Positions 15,783-24,522 of a stretch of DNA of 32,000 nt are shown piece after piece (position 1 is the stretch's first letter; every line of letters starts with the position of its first letter). Source of the DNA: Telmatocola sphagniphila (GTDB taxonomy: Bacteria > Planctomycetota > Planctomycetia > Gemmatales > Gemmataceae); the NCBI RefSeq assembly GCF_018398935.1, contig NZ_CP074694.1:30001-62000 (forward strand), read 5' to 3'. Under the pieces are notes generated by a model. It had not been told where the DNA came from. It ran no database searches and was given only the letters and a program-made list of their open reading frames with translations. A program made the position numbers and the translations under genes.

Positions 15783-16016
15783 TTACTTTTTGGCTTGTCG
15801 GGTTTGATATTCGTTGAGCCAGCGTTCGAGTAAATCGACGGCGGTGAGGAAGTGTGGACAGTGGGTCAGTTTGAGCCGTTCAGCGATCGAACTCCATTCC
15901 TCCTCGCTGCGGTAAAACCGCACCTCGCCCAAGGAGTAAGCCTCAGCAAAATGGAAAAGGAAAATTGTACAGACACGAGGCGGGGTAGGAGCGAGGTACG
16001 ATTTATCACCGATCAA
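15783..16016 (-). CDS. Small hypothetical protein (possibly a gene remnant) sharing an FLTAV helix patch with the CHC2 zinc-finger gene
   Basis: A 77-aa ORF with a TTG start: ...FAEAYSLGEVRFYRSEEEWSSIAERLKLTHCPHFLTAVDLLERWLNEYQTRQAKK. A 19-nt stretch (15835-15853) is identical to 8021-8039 inside the zinc-finger gene. Coding status is uncertain. Confidence 0.35.
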   Translation of the reverse strand: MIGDKSYLAPTPPRVCTIFLFHFAEAYSLGEVRFYRSEEEWSSIAERLKLTHCPHFLTAVDLLERWLNEYQTRQAKK

Positions 16017-16212
16017 AGACGGCGGGGAAAAACCGACTTAACAGGTCAATTCCCTTACCAAATTCGCAGCGTAATCGACGACTGGCAATTCAATAACTAT
16101 TCGGCTATTCGAATTCCAAAGTGCGATCAAACCGCGGAAAAGGACAGGTAGTAATTTCAATTCACGGGATTGTTTTCAATCGATTTGATTCTGGAAATAG
16201 CCCATCCATACG

Positions 16213-17231
16213 ATGGGCATGGAAACGAAAAGCATCCCTTGTTTGGTCAAGAAAATCACTAATCGCTCGGAGATGGAGAACCGACGCCGTTTGGGCGTTC
16301 AATTGATCCTCGAAGGCCATACTATAAAGCAGGTTTCCGACATGCTCAAGGTTTCGACCCGCAGCGTGGATAATTGGATCTCCTGGTACAAAAATCAAGG
16401 GGAAGCCGGACTCAAGGCTCTCAAGCATCCCGGACCGAAATCCAAGCTCCGCCCAGAGCAAATTCAAGAAGTTTGCTCGTGGCTGACCCGTGACGCGACG
16501 GAATTCGGCTTCCGCACTCACCTGTGGACTTCTCGGCGAGTCGTCCAACTCATCAAGGAGAAGTTCGATATCGATTATAATGCCAATTACTTTTGCGATT
16601 GGTTACGCAAACAAGGTTTCTCCCCGCAAATGCCGGGCAAGAAAGCCGTCCAACGCGACGAACAGAAAATTGCCGATTGGCCGAAAACCGAGTGGTCCCG
16701 AATCTTAAAAAAGGGGATCGCCAGCGGGCGCATATCGTATTCATCGATGAAACCGGACTGAGACTGGCTCCCCTCTTGCGACGCACCTGGGCTCCCAAAG
16801 GCCTGCGACCTTATCTCAAACAAAAAGCCGGTCGCCGTCAGAAAATCTCGATCATCGGAGCTCTAACCCTTTCTCCGAAAACGCGAAAACCCAATCTGTT
16901 CACCCACTCCTTGCCCAACGGCAGCTTCAAGTCGAAGGAAGTCGCCGCCTTCTTACGCGAATTGCTCAAACACCTCCGCGGCCAGGTCATCGTCATTTGG
17001 GACAACGGACCGATGCACAAAGGGGAGGCGATGCGAAAATTGCTCAAACAGAATCCTCGGCTATCGCTCGAATGGCTACCTCCTTATGCTCCGGAACTCA
17101 ATCCCGTCGAACAACTCTGGAGCCATCTCAAGTTCGGGCACTTCGCAAACTGTATTCCCAAAGATCTTGGAGAACTCGAAGAGGAAGCGTTTGAATTCTT
17201 AACAGAGGTCAAATTCAAACCGCAAACCTGA
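16213..17231 (+). CDS. IS630-family DDE transposase made from two overlapping frames by a -1 frameshift
   Basis: ORF 16213..16761 carries the HTH part (LILEGHTIKQVSDMLKVSTRSVDNWISWYKNQGEAGL). ORF 16593..17231 carries the catalytic part (IVFIDETG ... VIVIWDNGPMHK ... LPPYAPELNPVEQLW). The frames overlap at A_AAA_AAG, and the joined product is about 339 aa. Confidence 0.85.
16707..16713 (+). other. Slippery heptamer A_AAA_AAG for a -1 ribosomal frameshift in the IS630 transposase
   Basis: In the ORF1 frame the sequence reads TTA AAA AAG GGG. A -1 slip gives AAA AAA GGG GAT, which is the frame of ORF 16593..17231. Confidence 0.6.
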
Positions 17232-17442
17232 CAATCTTACTTGAGGCAAACTCCCCTCGGTGAATTGATACCCAATTTAGCCGCCTGAGAGGGAGTAAGT
17301 AGGAGTGTTGGGCGCGTTGAATTGCAAAATAAAGAAGAGCATGCTGACTTTGACGCAGCCGATCATGGTTTATGGTCCCACTTATCAAGTTACTTTGACT
17401 TAGTGTGAGGATATTCCTTAAATCCTTACAGATTGTACGATC

Positions 17443-17811
17443 TCATATCCATTCCGGCATTTCTACAGTTTTTTCGTTTCGTTCGTTACCCGTATTCAAG
17501 GTGGAACTGGGTTCGAACAGCAGCACATGAACCTCCTGCTCGGCTACGGGACGATGCATGACTCCCCGCGGGACGATCAGAAACTCGCCTTCCTCCAGCC
17601 AAAGCTCCCTTTCGGGAAGATCCATTCGAAACCGCCCCTGAACCACCAGAAAAAGTTCGTCCTCGTCGTCGTGTTTGTGCCAGACGAATTCCCCCTGGAA
17701 CTTGACGAGTTTTACGTGCTGACCATTAAGTTCGCCGACAATTCGAGGATGCCAGTGGTTACTGAAAAGAGCGAGTTTTTCCATTAAATTGACTTTTCGA
17801 ATTTCAGCCAT
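17443..17811 (-). CDS. Cupin domain protein
   Basis: ORF 17443..17895, with the probable start at ATG 17811 (MAEIRKVNLMEKL...). The cupin motif pattern is WHKHDDEDELFLVVQGRFRMDL...GEFLIVPRGVMHRPVA. Confidence 0.8.
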   Translation of the reverse strand: MAEIRKVNLMEKLALFSNHWHPRIVGELNGQHVKLVKFQGEFVWHKHDDEDELFLVVQGRFRMDLPERELWLEEGEFLIVPRGVMHRPVAEQEVHVLLFEPSSTLNTGNERNEKTVEMPEWI

Positions 17812-17950
17812 GGGAATTCTCTGTAGGGTATTCGCACACTCAGTTTGCCCATTGTTTGCGAGTCGACGGACACGGAACTGGGTTCTCCCGGCCACCCATC
17901 TATGATGTATTTTGTAGCGCCCTATTTGGATTGCGAAGGAGATTTTTGAT

Positions 17951-18269
17951 ATGAATACTCAAGCCCGTCGGGGATTTTGGAGAGAAGCGATCGCTTTGGA
18001 CGGGTCGGTGACTCCGCAGGTTGTGCCTCAAGTAGTCTTCTTTGGAGTGCTATCTGGCTTGATTTGTCTGGCGGCCTGGTTGGCCGGTAAATATGACGTC
18101 GATATTTCTCTAGCGGTTACTCCTTTTGAGTTGGCAGGGGGAGTATTGGGATTGCTCCTGATTTTAAGAACCAATGCCGGGTATGATCGCTGGTGGGAAG
18201 CCCGGAAGCTTTGGGGAGGGATCGTCAATCAGTCGAGAAATCTCACCATAAATGCGCTGAGTTACGGGC
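17951..18269 (+). pseudogene. Bestrophin-family (UPF0187/YneE-like) anion channel gene, 5' part, interrupted by an IS66-family element
   Basis: MNTQARRGFWREAIALDGSVTPQV..., two TM helices, then LILRTNAGYDRWWEARKLWGGIVNQSRNL, which is characteristic of bacterial bestrophin homologues. The native frame ends at 18269, where the IS begins. Confidence 0.8.
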
Positions 18270-19733
18270 GTAACCGCTCACACCTCGTCCTGAGATTATC
18301 GGGAATTGCTCTTGCGCTGGGGAATTAATTATCTCATACTCGGGGCATGGAGTCTGTCAGCGAAGAATGGCTTGTTCGCCAAACGCCGGAAGTTCAGGCT
18401 GTGCTGCGGATTCTTTTGAACCGCATCGCCGAACTGGAAGCGAAGCTCGGCAAGGATTCCAGCAACTCTTCGAAGCCGCCTTCAACGCAACATCCCCACG
18501 CCAAGCTTTCGAAGCAAGCCCAAAAGAAGGCCAAACGGAAGTCGGGCGGCCAACCGGGGCATCCCAAACACGAACGCTCTTTGGTTTCCGCACACGAGTG
18601 CGACGGCGTCATTGTTTGTTTACCGGCCGAATGCCGCCGTTGTGGCGAACCTTTGAACGGAACAGATCCCCAGCCTTTGCGTCATCAGGTCTGGGAGATT
18701 CCCGAAATCAAGCCTTCGATTACGGAATATCAACTCCATCGTCTGCGCTGTTCGTGCGGCAAGACCACCTGCGGAGAATTACCCCCAGGCGTGCCTGTCG
18801 GAATGGCCGGGCCTCGATTGGTTGCTTTGTCCGCTTTGTTGATGGTCTGCTTCCGGCTCTCCAAACGACGCTGCGCCTGTTTCTGGAACAAATCCTGGGT
18901 CAGGAGGCTTCGGCTTCCTGGATGATCAAACTGCAGAACCGAGCCGCCGAAGCCTTGCAAGCCCCCTACCAGGAGTTGGCCTTAGCCTTGCCTGGGGAAG
19001 CGGTCCTCAACGGCGACGAATCGCCCACCAAAGAAGGGCTCGCCAAAGCCTGGACCTGGACTTTTGTAGCCGCGACTTTCAGCGTCTTCGCTCTCCGCAC
19101 CAGCCGCAAAGCCCAGGTGGTCCTCGAATTCCTGGGCGATTCATTTACCGGCGTTCTAGGCTGCGACCGGGCCAAGATGTATTGGGCTTTCGGACGCTTG
19201 CAGTGGTGCTGGGCTCATTTGCTCCGCGACTTCCAAAGCCTCATCGATCGCCCCTGTCCGGTCGCTCGACGCTTAGGACACGACTTGCAACGACAGACTC
19301 GGGCGATGTTCGAACTCTGGAATCGCGTTCGGGACGGAACCCTCAGCCATAAAGCGTTCGGCGAACAAATGATCCCCATACGAAGCGAAGTCGAAGCCTT
19401 GCTCTTGCGAGGAAAATTCGATCCGAAGCTGCGTGGCTTTTGCTCCGAACTCTGGAAATACCGGGCTCGGCTTTGGACGTTCGTCGATGTCGAAGGAGTA
19501 GAGCCCACCAATAATGCCGCCGAGCGGGCTTTGCGGCCCGCGGTCATTTGGCGGAAGTTATGCTTTGGAACCCAATCGGCCCAGGGGAGTCGGTTCGTTG
19601 AACGAATGCTGACCGCGATCGAAACTTGTCGTCAGCAGAAACGGAACTCATTCGCCTGGATGACTCAAGCGGTACAGGCTCACTTTGCCCAAGAGAAAGC
19701 CCCTTCTCTCTTGGCCAGGGCGTGAGTTATTAC
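18270..19733 (+). mobile_element. IS66-family insertion sequence, single-ORF type (1464 bp)
   Basis: The left end is GTAACCGCTCACACC. The reverse complement of the right end is GTAATAACTCACGCC, matching 11 of 15 positions with the GTAA start typical of IS66. It is flanked by the direct repeat GTTACGGGC (18261-18269 and 19734-19742). That is 9 nt, where an 8-bp duplication plus one ambiguous base would be expected. Confidence 0.85.
18347..19725 (+). pseudogene. IS66-family transposase, split by a 1-nt frameshift
   Basis: ORF 18347..18925 has a leucine-zipper N-terminus (AVLRILLNRIAELEAKLGKDSSNSSKPPS), a zinc-finger region (CRRCGEPL...CSCGKTTCGE) and GPRLVALSALLM. Homology then continues in the frame of ORF 18367..19725 (LRLFLEQILGQEASASWMIKLQN...VLNGDESP...CWAHLLRDF...TNNAAERALRP). 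The frame switch falls near 18863-18875 with no slippery motif there. Confidence 0.8.
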
Positions 19734-19742
19734 GTTACGGGC

Positions 19743-20398
19743 CGGCCGATACAGAATGGCGCTTCAAATTCGTTCACTGGATCGCAGTTTTTCCCTACGT
19801 CGCCCGGCATAGCCTTCGAAAGCAACAGCCGGAAGCCGAGGTGCTGAAACTCGTGGGGCCGGAACAGACTAAACGACTTTCGGAAGCGAATCATATGCCC
19901 GTTTACGTGGCCTTGCAGCTGGCGGATTTACTGCGGGAAGGTTGCGAGAAATTTCAGATGGATCGTTTTGCTTTTCTGCAAATCGATAAAGAACGCGCCC
20001 TCTTGATCGACCACATTGGGGCCTGCGAAAGGATCGCCAAGACGCCGCTGCCCATAGTCTATTCAATCAAGATTCGCCGATTCCTTTTGATGTTTCTCCT
20101 CTCCTTACCGTTTGCCTTACTGCACCGGGTCGAAGCCGACGCCATCGTACCTTTCATCACCATGCTCGTCGCCTATCCGCTTCTTTCGCTCGATCAGATC
20201 GGCGTTCAACTCGAGAATCCCTTTTCGCCGGAGAACCTCAGCCATCTTCCCTTGCGGGAGATCTGCATGACCATTGAAGGCAATGTTTTGAGCCTCTTAA
20301 AAGCGGTGCCGACGAATTCCCTGGTTCCGAGTCTCCCAGAGAATGAGGAATTCCCTGCAGGTCGTGCCGGGCTATCTCCTAAATCTTCTGAAAAGTAA
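19743..20398 (+). pseudogene. Bestrophin-family channel gene, 3' part
   Basis: Deleting 18270..19742 joins ...NALSYG to PADTEWRFKFVHWIAVFPYVARHSLR... in frame, giving 975 nt in total (324 aa plus stop). The downstream sequence (IGACERIAKTPLPIVYSIKIRRFLLMFLLSLPFAL...LDQIGVQLENPF) is bestrophin-like. Confidence 0.8.
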
Positions 20399-20458
20399 TT
20401 GAATAAAACTGAGGGTACTATTGATTACGGACCGTTTCGTTATTCGTTGAAAGCCACG

Positions 20459-21352
20459 ATGCAGACTTCCCGCTTGTCCGCCTGGTTATTTCTGTTTTCT
20501 TTGAGCTTGAGACGGCAATTTCGCATCGGCCAGATGGTAGCCATTGCTCTGGGGCTGCTGATCCTCCTCACCATTGTGGTCGGCTTCATCACCCAGCGTC
20601 TGGGTTGGGACAGCCTGAATCTCAGGCTGCTCCGCCACGACCCCCGCCAACTCGGCTGGTTCGCCGGCGGTGCGATCTTCCCCTTGATCGAAGAAACCAA
20701 ACACATGAGTAATCTGCGGGCGGAGACTCTACCGGTCGCGGTATTCACGCGATGGGTGGTGTTTTTTCTCTATCTGGGATTTCTGATGCCGCTCTGGAGC
20801 CTCAGTTTTGCCACGGCGGCCGTCGGGACCGATCGGGAAAATAAATCGCTGATCTGGTTACTGACCCGGCCGCTTCCACGGTGGAGTATATATCTGGCGA
20901 AATTTCTTGGGGTACTGCCTTGGTGTGTGCTCCTGAACCTCGGCGGCTTTGCCACGCTCTGTCTGGCCGGGGGAAGTGTTGGCCGACAGGCTTTCGTTCT
21001 TTTCTGGCCGGGAGTGCTGGCGGGCAGTATTGCTTTTGCGGCTCTGTACTCCCTGATCGGAGCCATGTTCAGTCGGCCAGCCGTGGTAGGTATGCTCTAT
21101 GCGTTTTTCTTCGAAACGATTCTGAGCGAACTGCCGGTGCCGGGAACACTGAAACGGCTGAGCATCAATTATTACGTACGCTGCCTGATGTACGATTCCG
21201 CGGAATTAAAAAATATCCCCACCGAATCGGGATCTTTGTTTGTGCCATTGAGCGGAACGACCACTTGGTTGGTAATTGTGAGTGCTACAATACTATTAAC
21301 CGGCTTGGGGATGTGGGTATTCTCCCGCTTTGAGTATCGAGACGACGGCTAG
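20459..21352 (+). CDS. Polytopic membrane protein resembling an ABC-2-type transporter permease
   Basis: ORF 20399..21352 starts at a TTG, and the ATG at 20459 is more plausible. It has about six hydrophobic segments. GTDRENKSLIWLLTRPLPRWSIYLAKFLG resembles the ABC-2/NosY-like permease signature. No ATPase gene is adjacent. Confidence 0.6.
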   Translation: MQTSRLSAWLFLFSLSLRRQFRIGQMVAIALGLLILLTIVVGFITQRLGWDSLNLRLLRHDPRQLGWFAGGAIFPLIEETKHMSNLRAETLPVAVFTRWVVFFLYLGFLMPLWSLSFATAAVGTDRENKSLIWLLTRPLPRWSIYLAKFLGVLPWCVLLNLGGFATLCLAGGSVGRQAFVLFWPGVLAGSIAFAALYSLIGAMFSRPAVVGMLYAFFFETILSELPVPGTLKRLSINYYVRCLMYDSAELKNIPTESGSLFVPLSGTTTWLVIVSATILLTGLGMWVFSRFEYRDDG

Positions 21353-21369
21353 TTTTCGGAGTAGGTTCA

Positions 21370-22065
21370 ATGCCGAGTTTGGACGACAGCACCCTGGTGG
21401 CTATTCCTCCCCTTCATGGCAATCAGGGAGATCGGGACGATGCCCATTCTCCCAGTGGCCCGTTGGGTCCGACTATCGCGATCAGCCGGGAAGCCGGGGC
21501 GCGGGGGGAAACGATTGCCCGCCGGGTCGGCAAGAAGCTCGGCTGGGATGTCTACACCCGCGAACATCTCGAATTTTTGTCCTCCAATGAAAATGCACGC
21601 AGCGAAATCACCAACGACATTCCGAAGAAAGCTCAGGCCTGGTACGAGAAATATCTCTATCGCCTCGAACGCGAGGGGATGACGAACAGCAGCGAAAAAC
21701 CGTACCCCATAGCCTCGCTAATACTGGCCCTGGCTTGTCGCGGCAACCTTCTGATCGTCGGTCGGGCGGCCGGGTATCTCCTACCAAAGCGGACGACTTT
21801 ACACGTCCGTATTGTCGCTCCCCTGGATAATCGCATAGCTTACATGGCTCAATACCTGCGTATGAATAAAACCGATGCGGCCGACCAGGTCCGCAAACGA
21901 GACGAACGGCGCATCGAATTCCTCAGCCAGCACAACCGCCGCGATGGCCAGCAGTACGACTTCGATCTGGTTCTCAATTCCGCGGAGCTGGGTGAAGAAC
22001 TCTGTGCGGAGCTGATTGTTCATGCCCTGAAAGCCAAACAAAAACAGTTCGAAACGGAAAAGTAG
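21370..22065 (+). CDS. Cytidylate kinase-like family protein (AAA/P-loop-like small kinase fold family)
   Basis: IAISREAGARGETIARRVGKKLGWDVYTREHLEFL ... LLIVGRAAGYLLP ... HVRIVAPLDNRIAYMAQYLRMNKTDAADQVRKRDERRIEFLSQH ... YDLVLNS matches the pattern of the cytidylate-kinase-like family as I remember it. Confidence 0.7.
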   Translation: MPSLDDSTLVAIPPLHGNQGDRDDAHSPSGPLGPTIAISREAGARGETIARRVGKKLGWDVYTREHLEFLSSNENARSEITNDIPKKAQAWYEKYLYRLEREGMTNSSEKPYPIASLILALACRGNLLIVGRAAGYLLPKRTTLHVRIVAPLDNRIAYMAQYLRMNKTDAADQVRKRDERRIEFLSQHNRRDGQQYDFDLVLNSAELGEELCAELIVHALKAKQKQFETEK

Positions 22066-22075
22066 TCCGTCCGTT

Positions 22076-22852
22076 ATGGCAGCCACTTTCGCGCAGTTCG
22101 AAACTCAGGTCCTATTCCGCCAACCGACCTTGGCTTTCGTGCTCGGTTCGGGCATGAGCCATGTTCCAGCCGGCTTCCAGGAAGAATCAGCCATCTCTTT
22201 TGCCGACGTCCCCGGCTTGACCGGTAGTTCGGTAAAGGGCCATTCCGGCCAGATTGCTCTGGGAACTTGTGTCGATCGCCCGATTCTCCTGTTCCGTGGC
22301 CGCCTACACTACTATGAAGGCCATTCCTGGGAAACTGTCGGCAGACCGGTCACCATGGCCGCGGGCTGGGGAATCCAACATCTCATTCTGACCAACGCAG
22401 CCGGGGGGATTCGCCATGATCTCAATCCCGGCAGTTTGATGGCTTTGACCAATCATTTCGGCTGGCTGTCTCCGACGGCCTGGAAAACACAAGTGAACTC
22501 GGGTTCCCCGCGCCCGTCGATTTATTCGCAGAGGTTAATCGCATTAATGGTCGCGACCGATCCGGAAATTGCCCAGGGGGTCTACGGCGGAGTGACCGGG
22601 CCCTGTTATGAAACCCCGGCCGAGATCCACGCACTACACGCGGCGGGTGCCGATGCGGTGGGGATGTCCACAGTTCACGAGGCGATCACCGCCCAGGAAC
22701 TGGGAGTAGAAGTCGGGGGCTTATCGCTGATTACCAACAAAGCGGCCGGGCTCACGGGAGAGAAGTTGAATCACAAGGAAGTGCTGGAAACGGCCAAGAA
22801 ACAGGAATTGCGCTTGTCGAAGCTAATCGAAAATCTCTGCCGATCAATCTGA
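22076..22852 (+). CDS. punA: Purine nucleoside phosphorylase (trimeric PNP / PunA type)
   Basis: VKGHSGQIALGTCVDRPILLFRGRLHYYEGHS..., LILTNAAGGI, and GVTGPCYETPAEIHALHAAGADAVGMSTVHEAITAQELGVEVGGLSLITNKAAG are the conserved PNP blocks. Confidence 0.85.
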   Translation: MAATFAQFETQVLFRQPTLAFVLGSGMSHVPAGFQEESAISFADVPGLTGSSVKGHSGQIALGTCVDRPILLFRGRLHYYEGHSWETVGRPVTMAAGWGIQHLILTNAAGGIRHDLNPGSLMALTNHFGWLSPTAWKTQVNSGSPRPSIYSQRLIALMVATDPEIAQGVYGGVTGPCYETPAEIHALHAAGADAVGMSTVHEAITAQELGVEVGGLSLITNKAAGLTGEKLNHKEVLETAKKQELRLSKLIENLCRSI

Positions 22853-22870
22853 GCGGCAGAGATTTGTTTT
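22833..22870. terminator. Bidirectional intrinsic terminator between convergent punA and the alcohol dehydrogenase gene
   Basis: A perfect 10-bp stem, ATCTCTGCCG (22833-22842) / CGGCAGAGAT (22854-22863), with an 11-nt loop that contains the punA stop. It is followed by TTGTTTTTT on the plus strand and a shorter T run on the minus strand. Confidence 0.7.
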
Positions 22871-22873
22871 TTA

Positions 22874-23929
22874 CTAAGCTTTCAGAGACGCCATATCGAT
22901 GACGAAGCGATACTTTACATCGCTCTTTAAAATGCGTTCGTAGGCTTCATTGATCTTCTGAATCGGAATCACTTCCACATCCGAGACAATGTTTCTCTCG
23001 GCACAGAAATCGAGCATTTCCTGAGTTTCTTTGATCCCACCGATCAGCGAACCAGCGATCGACCGGCGACCGAAAATCAGGTTGCCGATGTTCGGCGAGG
23101 GATGCGGATGCTCCGGCACGCCGACCAGAACCATGGTGCCGTCCCGTTTCAGAAGCGAGATATAGGCATCCAGATTATGCGGCACGGAGAGCGTGTTCAG
23201 GATGAAGTTGAACGAATTCAGGTGAGCTTTCATTTCGCCTTCGTTCTTGCTGATAACGACTTCATCCGCCCCCAGTCGCTTCGCATCGGCTACTTTGCTC
23301 GGCGAAGTGGTGAAGAGTACGACATGAGCGCCCATGGCATGGGCGAGTTTCACACCCATGTGTCCGAGGCCACCCAGACCGACGATGCCGACCTTCTGGC
23401 CCTTACCGACCTTCCAGTGATGTAGGGGCGAAAAGGTGGTTATGCCCGCACACAACAGAGGTCCCACGCCCTTGAGATCGAGTTTTTCGGAAACTTTCAG
23501 AACGAAGTCCTGATCGACGACGATGTGATTGGAGTAGCCGCCGTAGGTTTGCTTGCCGGGAAGATGCTTGTCGGGACTGTTGTAAGTGAAGATTTTCTCG
23601 TTATCGCAATACTGCTCTTCGCTGGCTTGGCAGCTAGGGCACTTCCGGCAGGAGTCGACCAGACAGCCGACGCCGACGAGATCGCCCTCTTTGAACTTTT
23701 TGACTTCCGAGCCGACCTTGGTGGCCCGACCGACGATTTCATGCCCAGGCACAACGGGATAGACGGTCGATTTCCATTCGTTGCGCGCCGTGTGAATATC
23801 CGAATGGCAAACGCCGCAATAAAGAATTTCGATTTGCACATCTTTCGGTCCCGGGTCGCGCCGTTCGAAACTGAACGGGGCCAGCGGGTTGGTGGCCGAA
23901 GGGGCCGCGTAGCCAAGAGTCTTGATCAC
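22874..23929 (-). CDS. Zinc-dependent NAD(P)-dependent alcohol dehydrogenase, YahK / cinnamyl-alcohol-dehydrogenase-like
   Basis: A 351-aa ORF with a GTG start. It carries GPKDVQIEILYCGVCHSDIHTARNEWKSTVYPVVPGHEIVGR, a structural zinc Cys cluster (CRKCPSCQASEEQYC) and the Rossmann motif VGIVGLGGLGHMGVKLA. Confidence 0.9.
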   Translation of the reverse strand: MIKTLGYAAPSATNPLAPFSFERRDPGPKDVQIEILYCGVCHSDIHTARNEWKSTVYPVVPGHEIVGRATKVGSEVKKFKEGDLVGVGCLVDSCRKCPSCQASEEQYCDNEKIFTYNSPDKHLPGKQTYGGYSNHIVVDQDFVLKVSEKLDLKGVGPLLCAGITTFSPLHHWKVGKGQKVGIVGLGGLGHMGVKLAHAMGAHVVLFTTSPSKVADAKRLGADEVVISKNEGEMKAHLNSFNFILNTLSVPHNLDAYISLLKRDGTMVLVGVPEHPHPSPNIGNLIFGRRSIAGSLIGGIKETQEMLDFCAERNIVSDVEVIPIQKINEAYERILKSDVKYRFVIDMASLKA

Positions 23930-24069
23930 TTTGCATTTCTCCGAGATTCAAAAACGGGTGCCTGATTATTCGCCGAGTAATGAGATTACACTCATGAGGT
24001 TCGATTCTTTCAGGGTCACCTATCCTTCACAGACTTGCAATCGAACCAATCCACGATATTCCTAGCTGT

Positions 24070-24519
24070 ATGAACCTGAATGAACTTTGCGAACTCCTGA
24101 CGACGGAAGCCGATAACGCCTTGCGGATCTTTTTGCCCAACGGCGAAGAAATTCCGCTGCATTTTCATGTGACCGAAGTCGGTTACGTTCAAAAGACATT
24201 CATAGACTGCGGCGGGACAGTTCGCCAATTGCAGAGCTGCCTTCTGCAGATCTGGGTGGAAAAGGATGTGGAGCACCGGCTGAAATCGAAAAAGCTGCTG
24301 GGGGTACTGGAAAAGTCGCTGAAGATCTTCCCGAGTTCGGATCTTCCGGTCGAACTCGAATGGGAATCGATTGCCGTCTCGCAGTATCCCCTCGATTTCG
24401 TGGCGAATTTGGGGGATAGCCTGATTCTGAACCTGGGAACCAAGCATACCGACTGCCTGGCCAAGGAAGTTTGCCTCCCCGGCAGTGGCTGTTGTGCCAA
24501 TCCCGCCGAATGCCGCTAG
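24070..24519 (+). CDS. DUF6428-like small protein
   Basis: MNLNELCELL...LPNGEEIPLHFHVTEVGYVQKTFIDCGGTVRQ resembles the N-terminal signature of DUF6428 proteins, which are often found near ars genes, as I remember them. The C-terminus is Cys-rich (CLAKEVCLPGSGCCANPAEC). The overlapping minus ORFs are shadows. Confidence 0.55.
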   Translation: MNLNELCELLTTEADNALRIFLPNGEEIPLHFHVTEVGYVQKTFIDCGGTVRQLQSCLLQIWVEKDVEHRLKSKKLLGVLEKSLKIFPSSDLPVELEWESIAVSQYPLDFVANLGDSLILNLGTKHTDCLAKEVCLPGSGCCANPAECR

Positions 24520-24522
24520 ATT

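Larger units (their letters stand above)
16151..17278 (+). mobile_element. IS630-family insertion sequence (boundaries approximate)
   Basis: Imperfect inverted repeats are centred on TTTCAATTCACGGGA (16155-16169) and TCCCCTCGGTGAATTGATA (17252-17270). Candidate TA target dinucleotides lie at 16149-16150 and 17279-17280, giving about 1.13 kb, which is typical for IS630. The exact termini are not resolved. Confidence 0.6.

Noticed and set aside
16084-17325. A 9-nt inverted pair, GCAATTCAA (16085-16093) / TTGAATTGC (17317-17325), considered as alternative IS630 termini
   Set aside because: Similarity does not extend beyond the 9 nt, no TA flanks are present, and the inner pair has a longer (imperfect) match. 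It could be a nested binding-site repeat, but that is not supportable from one copy.
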